DNA of 58,523 nucleotides from an uncultured Bdellovibrionales bacterium (GTDB lineage Bacteria; Bdellovibrionota_C; UBA2361; SZUA-149): NCBI GenBank assembly GCA_965366815.1, contig CBDUGV010000004.1, positions 1 to 58,523 of the forward strand, read 5' to 3'. Shown piece by piece: positions 47,548 to 55,795 of this stretch (position 1 is its first letter; each line of letters starts with the position of its first letter). The notes under the pieces were generated by a model. It saw only the letters and a program-made list of their open reading frames with translations, ran no database searches and was not told where the DNA came from. The position numbers and the translations under genes were made by a program.

Positions 47548-48888
47548 ATGTTGGGAATTTCTGCCTCGCACACGGCACTTGTTCATTTCGACAAACCCTT
47601 CAAAGCCCAAAACGTTCCGTTTTTCTACGGCTGGGTGATAGTTTTCTGTGGATGTTTCGGTATGCTGATGAGCATTCCTGGGCAAACCATAGGCGTATCA
47701 GTATTCATCGATCCCTTATTGGAAGCCCTGCAGCTCAGTCGGTCGCAACTTAGCACCACCTACATGATAGGCACTATCGTTAGTGCATTCTGCCTCCCTT
47801 TCGCTGGCAGGATGTATGACCAGTTTGGGGCACGAGCGATGAGTTTTATAGTTGCACTTCTGCTTGCAATGACTTTGGGTTCGATGAGCTTCATAGACCA
47901 TATTCTCGACGGACTCGCCGAGAGCTTTGGCTCGGCAGTTCGAGTTCCAGCTGCCTGCGTTCTGCTGGTCTTCGGCTTCACCTCTATGCGTTTTTTTGGA
48001 CAAGGAGCCATGGTGATGACCTCGCGGAACATGACCATGAAGTGGTTTAAGAAGCGACGCGGTTTCGTGAATGGGATATTGGGAATCGTCGTCTCTCTAG
48101 GATTTTCATCATCGGCAATTCTCTTCAACGAAATGGTTGAAACGCTCACTTGGCAAACGACATGGCAGCTGCTTGCCGGGTTCCTGGCGCTCATATTTGC
48201 ACCTTTTGCGATCTTATTCTTTCGCGATAACCCCACCGATCATAATCTGCTTCCGGATGGTGAGTCCTTTACAGCAGAGACAAACCCACAACTACCAGTG
48301 GTAGAATCCATACCACTTTCCGAGGCTCGAAAGACGTCTCTTTTCTGGGTCTTCAATCTGGGAGTATGTCTGCCCGCTTTGATAAACACAGCGGTGACCT
48401 TTCATATCGTCTCTATCTTCAAAGAAGCGGGCTACGATAAGAGTCTCGCAATCTCGATCTTTCTGCCATCGGCTATTATGGCAACCGCACTTGGCTTCAT
48501 TGCGAGTTGGCTAAGCGACTACACCAAACTGAAGTACATACTAATCATCAGCGCACTGGGATTAGTGCTCACGTCCTGGGCCGTGCCCCACCTCGATACA
48601 TCCTATGGCGTACCTTTATTGATTGGGGGATTTGCCACCACCTCGGGGATGTATGGCATCCTCTCGGCAGTTACCTGGCCACGATTTTTCGGAACTCAAC
48701 ATCTCGGCGCGATTACCGGTTTTACAATGTCCTGGGCAGTCTTTTTTAGCGCCGTTGGTCCGGCGCTTTTCGGATATGCGAACGACTTTCTTGGCGGATA
48801 TGCGCCAGCGGCCTACTTATGCCTGGCGATCTCTTTGCTGCAGCTTATCGCGGCGATCTTGGTCCGGGAGAACCCGATCGTCAAGTAG
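47548..48888 (+). CDS. MFS transporter
   Basis: FFYGWVIV, GRMYDQFGAR, KWFKKRRG, RFFG..HLGAI.G; about 12 TM. Confidence 0.9.
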   Translation: MLGISASHTALVHFDKPFKAQNVPFFYGWVIVFCGCFGMLMSIPGQTIGVSVFIDPLLEALQLSRSQLSTTYMIGTIVSAFCLPFAGRMYDQFGARAMSFIVALLLAMTLGSMSFIDHILDGLAESFGSAVRVPAACVLLVFGFTSMRFFGQGAMVMTSRNMTMKWFKKRRGFVNGILGIVVSLGFSSSAILFNEMVETLTWQTTWQLLAGFLALIFAPFAILFFRDNPTDHNLLPDGESFTAETNPQLPVVESIPLSEARKTSLFWVFNLGVCLPALINTAVTFHIVSIFKEAGYDKSLAISIFLPSAIMATALGFIASWLSDYTKLKYILIISALGLVLTSWAVPHLDTSYGVPLLIGGFATTSGMYGILSAVTWPRFFGTQHLGAITGFTMSWAVFFSAVGPALFGYANDFLGGYAPAAYLCLAISLLQLIAAILVRENPIVK

Positions 48889-48902
48889 ACCTCTGTGCTG
48901 AG

Positions 48903-49877
48903 CTATACTTGGCGCTTTCCGAATCGTCCCAACAGAAAGTCGAGGCAACTTTTCGTGTGAGCGATGAACAGTTGGCGATGCTCAGCAGATTCTGCCGCAA
49001 AGAGCGCGCGAAGCGCACTTGGAAGTTCCTTCAGCAGGGTCTTGCGAATAACTCGAAGTTTCGAATTCGAGTAGCGCCACCAGAACAGTCGATTGTTTCG
49101 ATTATAATAATAAACCGTAAAAGCGGTTTGCATTTTCGGGTCGGAAAAATGGTGATACACCACACTCGAAGGAACATAATGCAGTCGATAGGATGCTTTT
49201 CGCATCCGCTGACACCAGTCAGTTTCCTCGAAATACATAAAATACTCTTCAGGCAACAAACCAATTTCCTTTATCACCGAAGTTCGAACAAGAATTGAAC
49301 AGCCAGGAAGGTAGCCACAGTCTTCGACGACATCAAACTGTCCTTCATCTAAGGCGTCATTTCCGCGCATCTCAATCTGTTGTTGCTGTGGATCCACAGT
49401 TCCACCAGCACCCCAAATACGCCCGGCCTTCTCCGGAGTACCTTCCCCGTAGAGAATCTTGCTTCCCGTAGCAGCCACCACGGGATTGGTATGCAGCTCT
49501 TCGACCAATGCTCTGAGCGCGTCCGGAGCAACCTCGGTATCGGGGTTGAGCAACCAGATATACCGAGCTCCCATAGAACGAGCTTGATGAATCCCTACAT
49601 TATTGCCTGCCGCAAACCCCTTGTTCTCGGGATTGCAAATAATCCGAATTGTGTTCGAGGCGAAGTCCTTTAACTGCTCACCCGATCCATCTGGAGAAGC
49701 ATTGTCGACAAGGACCACAAAATAATTGCGATAATCGAGCCTACTCAAGGAATCGAGGCAGCGAATAGTATCCGTGAGGCAATTATAATTGACTAAGACA
49801 ATCCCAATCCTCGGCTCCAACCCTGGATCGGCAGCTCGGGAATTGGATATGGGTATCTGCTGTGCGGTTTGAGGCAT
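48903..49877 (-). CDS. Glycosyltransferase family 2
   Basis: IVLVNYN, VDNASPDGS, NKGFAAGNN.GI, LLNPD, YFMYFEETDWC. Confidence 0.92.
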   Translation of the reverse strand: MPQTAQQIPISNSRAADPGLEPRIGIVLVNYNCLTDTIRCLDSLSRLDYRNYFVVLVDNASPDGSGEQLKDFASNTIRIICNPENKGFAAGNNVGIHQARSMGARYIWLLNPDTEVAPDALRALVEELHTNPVVAATGSKILYGEGTPEKAGRIWGAGGTVDPQQQQIEMRGNDALDEGQFDVVEDCGYLPGCSILVRTSVIKEIGLLPEEYFMYFEETDWCQRMRKASYRLHYVPSSVVYHHFSDPKMQTAFTVYYYNRNNRLFWWRYSNSKLRVIRKTLLKELPSALRALFAAESAEHRQLFIAHTKSCLDFLLGRFGKRQV

Positions 49878-49946
49878 TCCAGGACTCTGCTGCGAGGTTC
49901 TCTTGGTCGAACTCTCGAAAGCACTAGCAGATTTATCGGAATTAAG

Positions 49947-50516
49947 TCAAGGAAGCCGCTCCAGGTTGCGCTCAATCAATGGCTCGCCCCTCGGTGCAAG
50001 ACTTCGAGCCTTTGAGAGCTCAAAACGAGCACGCCGAAGCCTCCTCGAATCCAACAAGTGCATCGCAAAATTGTTTCGTGTCCTGTGGTTCAGGGGATTG
50101 AGTGCCAAGGCCTGTCGATACAAGCGACTTGCCTCTCGAGCCTTTCCTTGCCTCTCAGCTATGAGTGCAAGATGTGCGTATGCTCTATCGTACCCTGGAT
50201 CAAGATAGATCGCCGCGCGAAAATACCGCACCGCAAGTTCGATCTGTCCTAAGCGATAGGCAACGCAACCAAGACCATCGATCACTCGAACGTCATGAGC
50301 TGCAAGTTCATAGGCTGCGGAGAGTCTGATATGGGCCTCCTTTACATTGGCTACCCCCTCAGTTCGCAACAGAACCACCGCACTAGTGAGCAACTGCTCT
50401 AAGCGTCGACTTCGTGCCAGTTGCGCCTCTGGATGAACTTTGTGGATGCATCCGAGAAACCAAATCGCTAGGAGCAGACAGCCCATCAACGGCACTTTCT
50501 TTTGGCAGGAGCTCAT
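49947..50516 (-). CDS. TPR lipoprotein (pilotin-like)
   Basis: Lipobox FLGC, DGLGCVAYRLGQ..LA..YFRAAI.LDP, LYRQALALNPLNHRTRNNFAM.L. Start 50516 or 50486; both overlap the sctV tail. Confidence 0.7.
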   Translation of the reverse strand: MSSCQKKVPLMGCLLLAIWFLGCIHKVHPEAQLARSRRLEQLLTSAVVLLRTEGVANVKEAHIRLSAAYELAAHDVRVIDGLGCVAYRLGQIELAVRYFRAAIYLDPGYDRAYAHLALIAERQGKAREASRLYRQALALNPLNHRTRNNFAMHLLDSRRLRRARFELSKARSLAPRGEPLIERNLERLP

Positions 50517-52374
50517 TCCCTATTTCTCCAAGAATTCTAATCTCAACGGTAGGGTCAATTTCTTCCGAAGCAATCACTGAGAGCGCAAGCTTCTCATTTC
50601 GTAGACTCGTCGAAACGATCTCTCGAGCATTGGAGGAGGTAAACAATACCAGTGGCTCATCCTCGATACGTCGCGTCCTTATCTCTTCGACCAGATTGCC
50701 GACCAGATGTGCATCCACCGGCATGTCAGCTAGTTGGTGTTGTGCGAAAAAGGCGCTTAGTCTTGCAGACAAGACCCACCCAGCGACTAGTCCATCTTGC
50801 AACGGTAAACTGCGAGTGATCGTTTTCTTGAGTCCAACTCGCACTCGTGCCAGCAATTCCCAAGAGTGTTCGCTTTTCGCCAGCGAATGTTCAGCAACTG
50901 ATTGCAGAATTGTATGCAGCGCTCGCACCCCCACACCCTCTCGCACGAGCTGTCGTAGCAATGTCGTAAGCTGCGTAACTGCCAGTGCTTCTGGCACTAC
51001 TGAGTTGATCAGGTCTTCACAGGTAGGGCGATGAACTTCGAGTAGCATCCGCGTCTGCGTATCATCTATCAAGTCAACACTTCTGTCGTAGAAGAAATGA
51101 CGCAGCCTATGTACTATCTCCTCGCTGAGCAATTCCTGTGCCGATGTGGAAACTGCATTCGCATCGATACTGCAGAAGGGTACTCCTTCAAAAAGCAACT
51201 CCACATACAAGTCTTCTTCGTTTTCTATCACATCGAATTGCAGCTCCGGAGCGATCAAACCCCTATCGGCGAATACTTCGTTTCGCAGACTCTGCACTAA
51301 GGCCGGCAATTGCTGCTCCTGTTGCAAACGCCTGGTTGCAACAGGGCTCAAACGAAGGATCAATTGAGAAAGCAGCGCCGGTCGAAACTCAGTTTGCAGT
51401 AGGCGCTGCTCTTCCACTGCTCGACTGCGCTTGAGATACCGGGCACATAGAAAGAGGCAGAACGACATTGGCCAAAACGCAATAGCAGGAAACCCCGGGA
51501 CTGCTCCAAGAGCCGCCAAGACTACCGCGGTGATACCAACAGCCTGTGGCTCTTGCGTAAGCTGTTTTAGTACATCTCTACCGAGAAAGGTTCGTTGATC
51601 ATCCCCCACTCTTGTCACGGCAATACCAGCAGCGACGGCCACCAGCAATGCAGGTATCTGAGAAACGAGTCCATCTCCGATTGTAAAGAGAGTAAATTTC
51701 TCAACAGCCTGAGCAATATCGAGTCCATGTCGAGTAACTCCGAGAATCAGTCCGGCACTAATGTTGAGTATGGTAATTAAGACACCGGCAATAGCATCCC
51801 CTTTGACAAACTTCATCGCTCCATCGAGAGACCCGTAGAGTCGAGATTCCCGTTGCAGATCCATGCGTTTCTCTCGTGCTTCGACCAAGCCCAGAAGCCC
51901 AGTACGAACATCTGCATCAATCGACATTTGTTTACCGGGCATCCCGTCCAGACTGAAACGAGCAGCAACCTCAGCTACTCGTTCAGCACCTTTGGCGACA
52001 ACTAAGAACTGCACCAGCGTTATAATGAGAAACACCACTATTCCAACGACGAGACTACCTTGTACAACGAATTGCCCAAACGTCATGACAGTGGCTGGAG
52101 CATCTCCTATAGCGAGAATTTGACGCGTCGTTGAGATATTGAGGCCAAGGCGAAACAGAGTCGCCAATAATAGGATTGAGGGAAGCGCGGTGAATCGCTC
52201 TGGTTCAGACAGATAAACTGAAGTGATAAGCAAACTAAGTGCAAACGTGATGTTGCACATCAACAGGAAGTCCAGCATCCAAAGTGGAACGGGAAAAACC
52301 ATCATTCCCACCGTCGCCACAATGGCCGCCGGCAACAGAAGATCCCATATTTTAGCCTTGAATGCTGGCTCCAT
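50383..52374 (-). CDS. sctV: Type III secretion export gate SctV (LcrD/InvA/HrcV-type)
   Basis: AERVAEVAARFSLDGMPGKQMSIDAD and LYGSLDGAMKFVKGDAIAG match injectisome SctV variants rather than flagellar FlhA (FTLDAMPGKQMAID, FYGAMDGASKF). Confidence 0.88.
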   Translation of the reverse strand: MEPAFKAKIWDLLLPAAIVATVGMMVFPVPLWMLDFLLMCNITFALSLLITSVYLSEPERFTALPSILLLATLFRLGLNISTTRQILAIGDAPATVMTFGQFVVQGSLVVGIVVFLIITLVQFLVVAKGAERVAEVAARFSLDGMPGKQMSIDADVRTGLLGLVEAREKRMDLQRESRLYGSLDGAMKFVKGDAIAGVLITILNISAGLILGVTRHGLDIAQAVEKFTLFTIGDGLVSQIPALLVAVAAGIAVTRVGDDQRTFLGRDVLKQLTQEPQAVGITAVVLAALGAVPGFPAIAFWPMSFCLFLCARYLKRSRAVEEQRLLQTEFRPALLSQLILRLSPVATRRLQQEQQLPALVQSLRNEVFADRGLIAPELQFDVIENEEDLYVELLFEGVPFCSIDANAVSTSAQELLSEEIVHRLRHFFYDRSVDLIDDTQTRMLLEVHRPTCEDLINSVVPEALAVTQLTTLLRQLVREGVGVRALHTILQSVAEHSLAKSEHSWELLARVRVGLKKTITRSLPLQDGLVAGWVLSARLSAFFAQHQLADMPVDAHLVGNLVEEIRTRRIEDEPLVLFTSSNAREIVSTSLRNEKLALSVIASEEIDPTVEIRILGEIGNELLPKESAVDGLSAPSDLVSRMHPQSSSRGATGTKSTLRAVAH

Positions 52375-52379
52375 CGTTG

Positions 52380-52664
52380 CTACGCAATCCGAAAATTGCG
52401 AACTATGGCGCTTATGGAATCAAACAGACTTCGAAGCACGTTGGAGATAAGTGACGTCTTCTGCTGACGAACAGAAAATAAATACTGCAATTCCTGCTGC
52501 TGAAGCGGCGTGAGATCGTCCTGCCCAAACTTCCTTTGAACTATATCCAGAACTTCTCTATTACTCGTCGAAAGATCGAGTAACTTCTCTCGAGTATTAG
52601 TGTCCACCCCATTCCTTCCCTCTCCCCTATAAACGCTACTACCTACATTTGCGAGATCATTCAT
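52380..52664 (-). CDS. SctF (needle subunit)-like protein
   Basis: The C-terminal 40 aa PLQQQELQ...ISNVLRSLFDSISAIVRNFR align without gaps to the recalled PrgI C-terminus. Confidence 0.65.
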   Translation of the reverse strand: MNDLANVGSSVYRGEGRNGVDTNTREKLLDLSTSNREVLDIVQRKFGQDDLTPLQQQELQYLFSVRQQKTSLISNVLRSLFDSISAIVRNFRIA

Positions 52665-52673
52665 TTGCTCACC

Positions 52674-52958
52674 CTAGGTCAATCGAATATTTCGAGCTGG
52701 TGCCATCTGTGTCTCATGCCGCGTTCGCTCCAAGTTGGTAAAAAGCGTCACTTGAAGCATTTCCTGTTGAAGCTCGATTTGCCGATTTATCAACTCTTGG
52801 GTGTCTCCAGGGATCGCGCTCGTGTCTAAGCTCCCGGACCGGGCCAGACTCGTGAGAAAATCGACTCCGCGACTCAGTGGCTCAGGCAAATACCGCGTCG
52901 CCACACGCGCCCCAGAAGTGGCAGCATGCACTGCACTGCGTATCACATTTGGCTCCAT
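52674..52958 (-). CDS. Second SctF/SctI-like helical-hairpin protein
   Basis: PGDTQELINRQ...FTNLERTRHETQMAPARNIR has the same register as PrgI and 52380..52664. TAGGAGGA RBS. Confidence 0.55.
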   Translation of the reverse strand: MEPNVIRSAVHAATSGARVATRYLPEPLSRGVDFLTSLARSGSLDTSAIPGDTQELINRQIELQQEMLQVTLFTNLERTRHETQMAPARNIRLT

Positions 52959-52962
52959 AGTA

Positions 52963-53016
52963 TCCTCCTAACGATTCACACCGACTAACGTATCTTATTC
53001 TGTTCCAGTTATCGGA
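52963..53016 (-). promoter_or_regulatory. Strong RBS plus possible sigma-28-type -10 element upstream of the needle-like genes
   Basis: Minus-strand TCCGATAA at 53016..53009 (7/8 match to GCCGATAA); no TAAA -35; TAGGAGGA at 52970..52963. Confidence 0.3.
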
Positions 53017-53042
53017 CGTGACAACCCCATCGTCTCAAAGGT

Positions 53043-53255
53043 TCAGTCAAAAAGTTTGACAATTTCGGCGTAGACGAGATCCCCATCAGTTACTAAGCGA
53101 GCTTCTGCAATCCGTTCTTCTCCCAGAAGCACAACGGCGTTCTGATCTGAATCCCAATGAACCTCGAGTAGTTCGCCAGGCTGCATATCGGCAAGGTCTG
53201 CAAGGCTTAGCTTTATAAATCCAAGACAAACATTGAGTCCTATTTGGGGAAGCAT
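53043..53255 (-). CDS. SPOA-domain protein (FliN / SctQ C-terminal-like)
   Basis: LNVCLGFIKLSLADLADMQPGELL...IAEARLVTDGD...EIVKL. The AGGAG RBS overlaps the upstream TAG. Confidence 0.8.
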   Translation of the reverse strand: MLPQIGLNVCLGFIKLSLADLADMQPGELLEVHWDSDQNAVVLLGEERIAEARLVTDGDLVYAEIVKLFD

Positions 53256-53266
53256 CAACTGAACTC

Positions 53267-53986
53267 CTATTTGGCTGCAAGAATATAGAGGCGTTGATCA
53301 TCGGAGAGCCACACTTTCTTTTTTCGCCCAGCGGGCAGGACGAGTGGAAGTCTTTCTCCGAGAGAGAGTTTTTGGAACTGGATGCTTCTCATGCAAACAT
53401 GGAATGAGTATCTCAACTGGCAATTCTGCCATTTCTGAGGGAGCACTTTGGAACGAGATTTGCCGCTACCGTAGGCAGTGAGTCGAGCAAAGAGCTTTTC
53501 CTCGACCAAGCAATGCACTGCAAGCTCACTATCGGCGACTTGGAGTGAAAGACAAAGTTGAATCATTGCAGACTGCTCAAAGGCTGGCGGTCTTTCTCGC
53601 ACTGCTTCAAAAGCAACATCTTGATACCAGCATATCATTGGCATTTTGCAGATTTGAGCCATAAGATACTCAAAGGTTGCTCCTTCGCTTTCGAGTCGCG
53701 TTGCCCAGATCCGACTGACATCGCTTCGCGCCATGGAAACGATGAGCATGCTGCCAAACATCCGTATAGTCGCATGCAAACACTCGTCTGGATGTACCCG
53801 CCCTGGTGACGATTGAGTAAGGCACACTGGCTCGTTTAGTTGAATCGAAAGCGCTTTCTGCAAAACTGCTAGAACACGCCGAAGCTCATATCGAACGGCG
53901 AAGACGAGGTGCCGCTGTCGAATCTCCTGCCGCGAAACGCGGGTTGCTCCATGAAACAAATCCCAGGGAATCAGCTTAGTGCTCAC
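53267..53986 (-). CDS. Probable sorting-platform protein (SctQ N-terminal / FliM-like)
   Basis: Lies between sctJ and the SPOA gene; degenerate SPOA-like C-terminus (LRYSFHV...LSLGERLPL). No diagnostic motif. Confidence 0.4.
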   Translation of the reverse strand: MSTKLIPWDLFHGATRVSRQEIRQRHLVFAVRYELRRVLAVLQKALSIQLNEPVCLTQSSPGRVHPDECLHATIRMFGSMLIVSMARSDVSRIWATRLESEGATFEYLMAQICKMPMICWYQDVAFEAVRERPPAFEQSAMIQLCLSLQVADSELAVHCLVEEKLFARLTAYGSGKSRSKVLPQKWQNCQLRYSFHVCMRSIQFQKLSLGERLPLVLPAGRKKKVWLSDDQRLYILAAK

Positions 53987-54779
53987 CAGACTCTCCTTCT
54001 TTCAATCTCGACAAAACTCTCAATCTTCGATTTCGCAGCTTCAAGATCAGCATCGACAGAATGGTCAGTACCCCACCGATGAATATTGAGAGTGAGTATT
54101 CCTTCAAGCTGGGTAGAACATCAACAAACCTCCAGCGAGGGAACTGATACTTCAACTGGTGCGCAGTGCGAGTCGAATCCGATCGTAGTTGTTTGCTTGC
54201 TGCTTGTAACTCATCGAGCATCTCAACTACATGCACTCGATTCGGCGCGACCCCTGCCGCTCCAACGACAAGTTCGGTTGCTTTATTCCTCAGTGCTGGA
54301 GATTCAGACGACACCACCAGAAGGACACTGGCACAGGCCTCATTGGCCTTTTGATCGTTTGCTCTGGAGAAATGTATCGATTGCCGGCGTAGATGCACGC
54401 GAGCATGTACCACACCTGGCAGCTGTTGAAGTGTTTCCTCTATGTGAGTAGCCAGCGACCGTTCAATAAAGTACTCACGCTCCTCACGGCTGTACACGAG
54501 ACTCTTGTGGGGAGTTGCTCGTCCTCCTGTTCGCTCAGCCTTTGAACGCTGACTGGACACCAAGAGCAGCGCTTGTCGATAATCGCTTTTACCCACTCGA
54601 ACATTCCAGGCACTGCCGTCGCGACTCTTCTTCGCCGGAACACCAGCAAGCGATAGTTTCACTATTGTTCGATTCGCCTCAAACTCCGATAGGCTATGAA
54701 GAACGATCTCGTCACATGCAAGGAAACCAAGTGCGAATATACAGAGAAGGAATCGCGTTGCGATCGCTTGACGAATCAT
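53976..54779 (-). CDS. sctJ: Type III secretion inner-ring lipoprotein SctJ (YscJ/PrgK)
   Basis: Lipobox FLAC, LSEFEAN..I..L..AGVPAKK, IEETLQQLPGVVHARVHL, C-terminal TM with basic tail; 267 aa, too short for FliF. Confidence 0.85.
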   Translation of the reverse strand: MIRQAIATRFLLCIFALGFLACDEIVLHSLSEFEANRTIVKLSLAGVPAKKSRDGSAWNVRVGKSDYRQALLLVSSQRSKAERTGGRATPHKSLVYSREEREYFIERSLATHIEETLQQLPGVVHARVHLRRQSIHFSRANDQKANEACASVLLVVSSESPALRNKATELVVGAAGVAPNRVHVVEMLDELQAASKQLRSDSTRTAHQLKYQFPRWRFVDVLPSLKEYSLSIFIGGVLTILSMLILKLRNRRLRVLSRLKEGESGEH

Positions 54780-54794
54780 TGCGAGTCTTACCCC

Positions 54795-55520
54795 TCACTC
54801 ATCAAAAGAGTTCTCGATATCCACAAATTCTCGCATCCGCCGAATGGCTCGCCGATGAACCCGTGACAACCCACTCTTATGGGCTCCATTCAAAACAGCA
54901 GACATTTGCGAAAAGCTCAGCTCTTCGTAGTACTTCAGAAAAATCACCTGTTGCTCTATTGGTGAGAGCTCGCGAATCATCGACTGCATTTGTCGATCAG
55001 ACTCTCGCTGTTCACAAATATATGAAGGACTTTGATCATCAAGATAGCTCAACTCACAGTCCGGCAATTGAGGAATTCCATGCACGACTACTCCAAGGGC
55101 TTCATGAACTTGATCATCTGCATAGAGTTCATCGTTCCAGCAGATGCTCTCAGAAGCGGTGTCATGCTCTGTTTCGGTCTTCTTTTCCTCTGCTCTCTTT
55201 CTCGGAGTTGGAATGAAACGCCGAAGAAGGTCAAACATCTCACCGCGAATCCGAAGGAAACTAAATGTTCTAAAGTTCGCTCCCTTTGAGGGATCGAAGC
55301 GATAGGCAGCGTCGCATAGTCCGAGGTACGCTGCCGCGACGATATCATCGTAATCAGTCGGCAGCGGTTGATGCTCAACGTAGAACCGCTTTGCCAACCT
55401 TCGCGCGTATTCCATGTGGTCGACAATATAACCCTCAATTTTCTCTCTGTGCATTGCCTCTTGCATTTGTTCCTCCGCTGGTCTCACCATCAGGAACTGA
55501 TCAATGCAAAGGCGTGCCAC
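54795..55520 (-). CDS. Sigma-70 family factor, FliA/WhiG-like
   Basis: DDIVAAAYLGLCDAAYRFDPSKGANFRTFSFLRIRGEMFDLLR (region 2); LSPIEQQVIFLKYYEELSFSQM (region 4). Confidence 0.88.
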   Translation of the reverse strand: MARLCIDQFLMVRPAEEQMQEAMHREKIEGYIVDHMEYARRLAKRFYVEHQPLPTDYDDIVAAAYLGLCDAAYRFDPSKGANFRTFSFLRIRGEMFDLLRRFIPTPRKRAEEKKTETEHDTASESICWNDELYADDQVHEALGVVVHGIPQLPDCELSYLDDQSPSYICEQRESDRQMQSMIRELSPIEQQVIFLKYYEELSFSQMSAVLNGAHKSGLSRVHRRAIRRMREFVDIENSFDE

Positions 55521-55795
55521 ATGCGCTGAGATCGGGAAGGTCAGTCACTACACTCGGTTAGCCGTTTGCGAGCTGTGGCGTTCTGCCTCAGTTGTAGTAG
55601 TACGCAGCAGCCAGAAGCCGTAGGAAACTGGGCCTCTGGCCGATCGAGGACGAGGGAAGGCTTGCGCTCCTCTTAAAGCTGATTTTTTCTGCAATATTTC
55701 CAGCTACTTAACAGTTGAGAATCTTGCATCGAAAACCTTCCAGCGAGTCTCTAAATCCTTGTATACACTTATTATTAGAAGAAGCGCTCCGGGCA

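Noticed and set aside
50383-52374. Calling this gene flagellar flhA
   Set aside because: Diagnostic residues match SctV. Neighbours are SctJ- and SctF-like, with no flhB, fliF, rod or hook genes.
54515-55216. 233-aa plus-strand ORF and similar long shadow ORFs (29571..30155, 29650..30207, 34637..35125, 38237..38878, 50414..51034)
   Set aside because: They lie antisense to well-supported genes and have no recognisable motifs.
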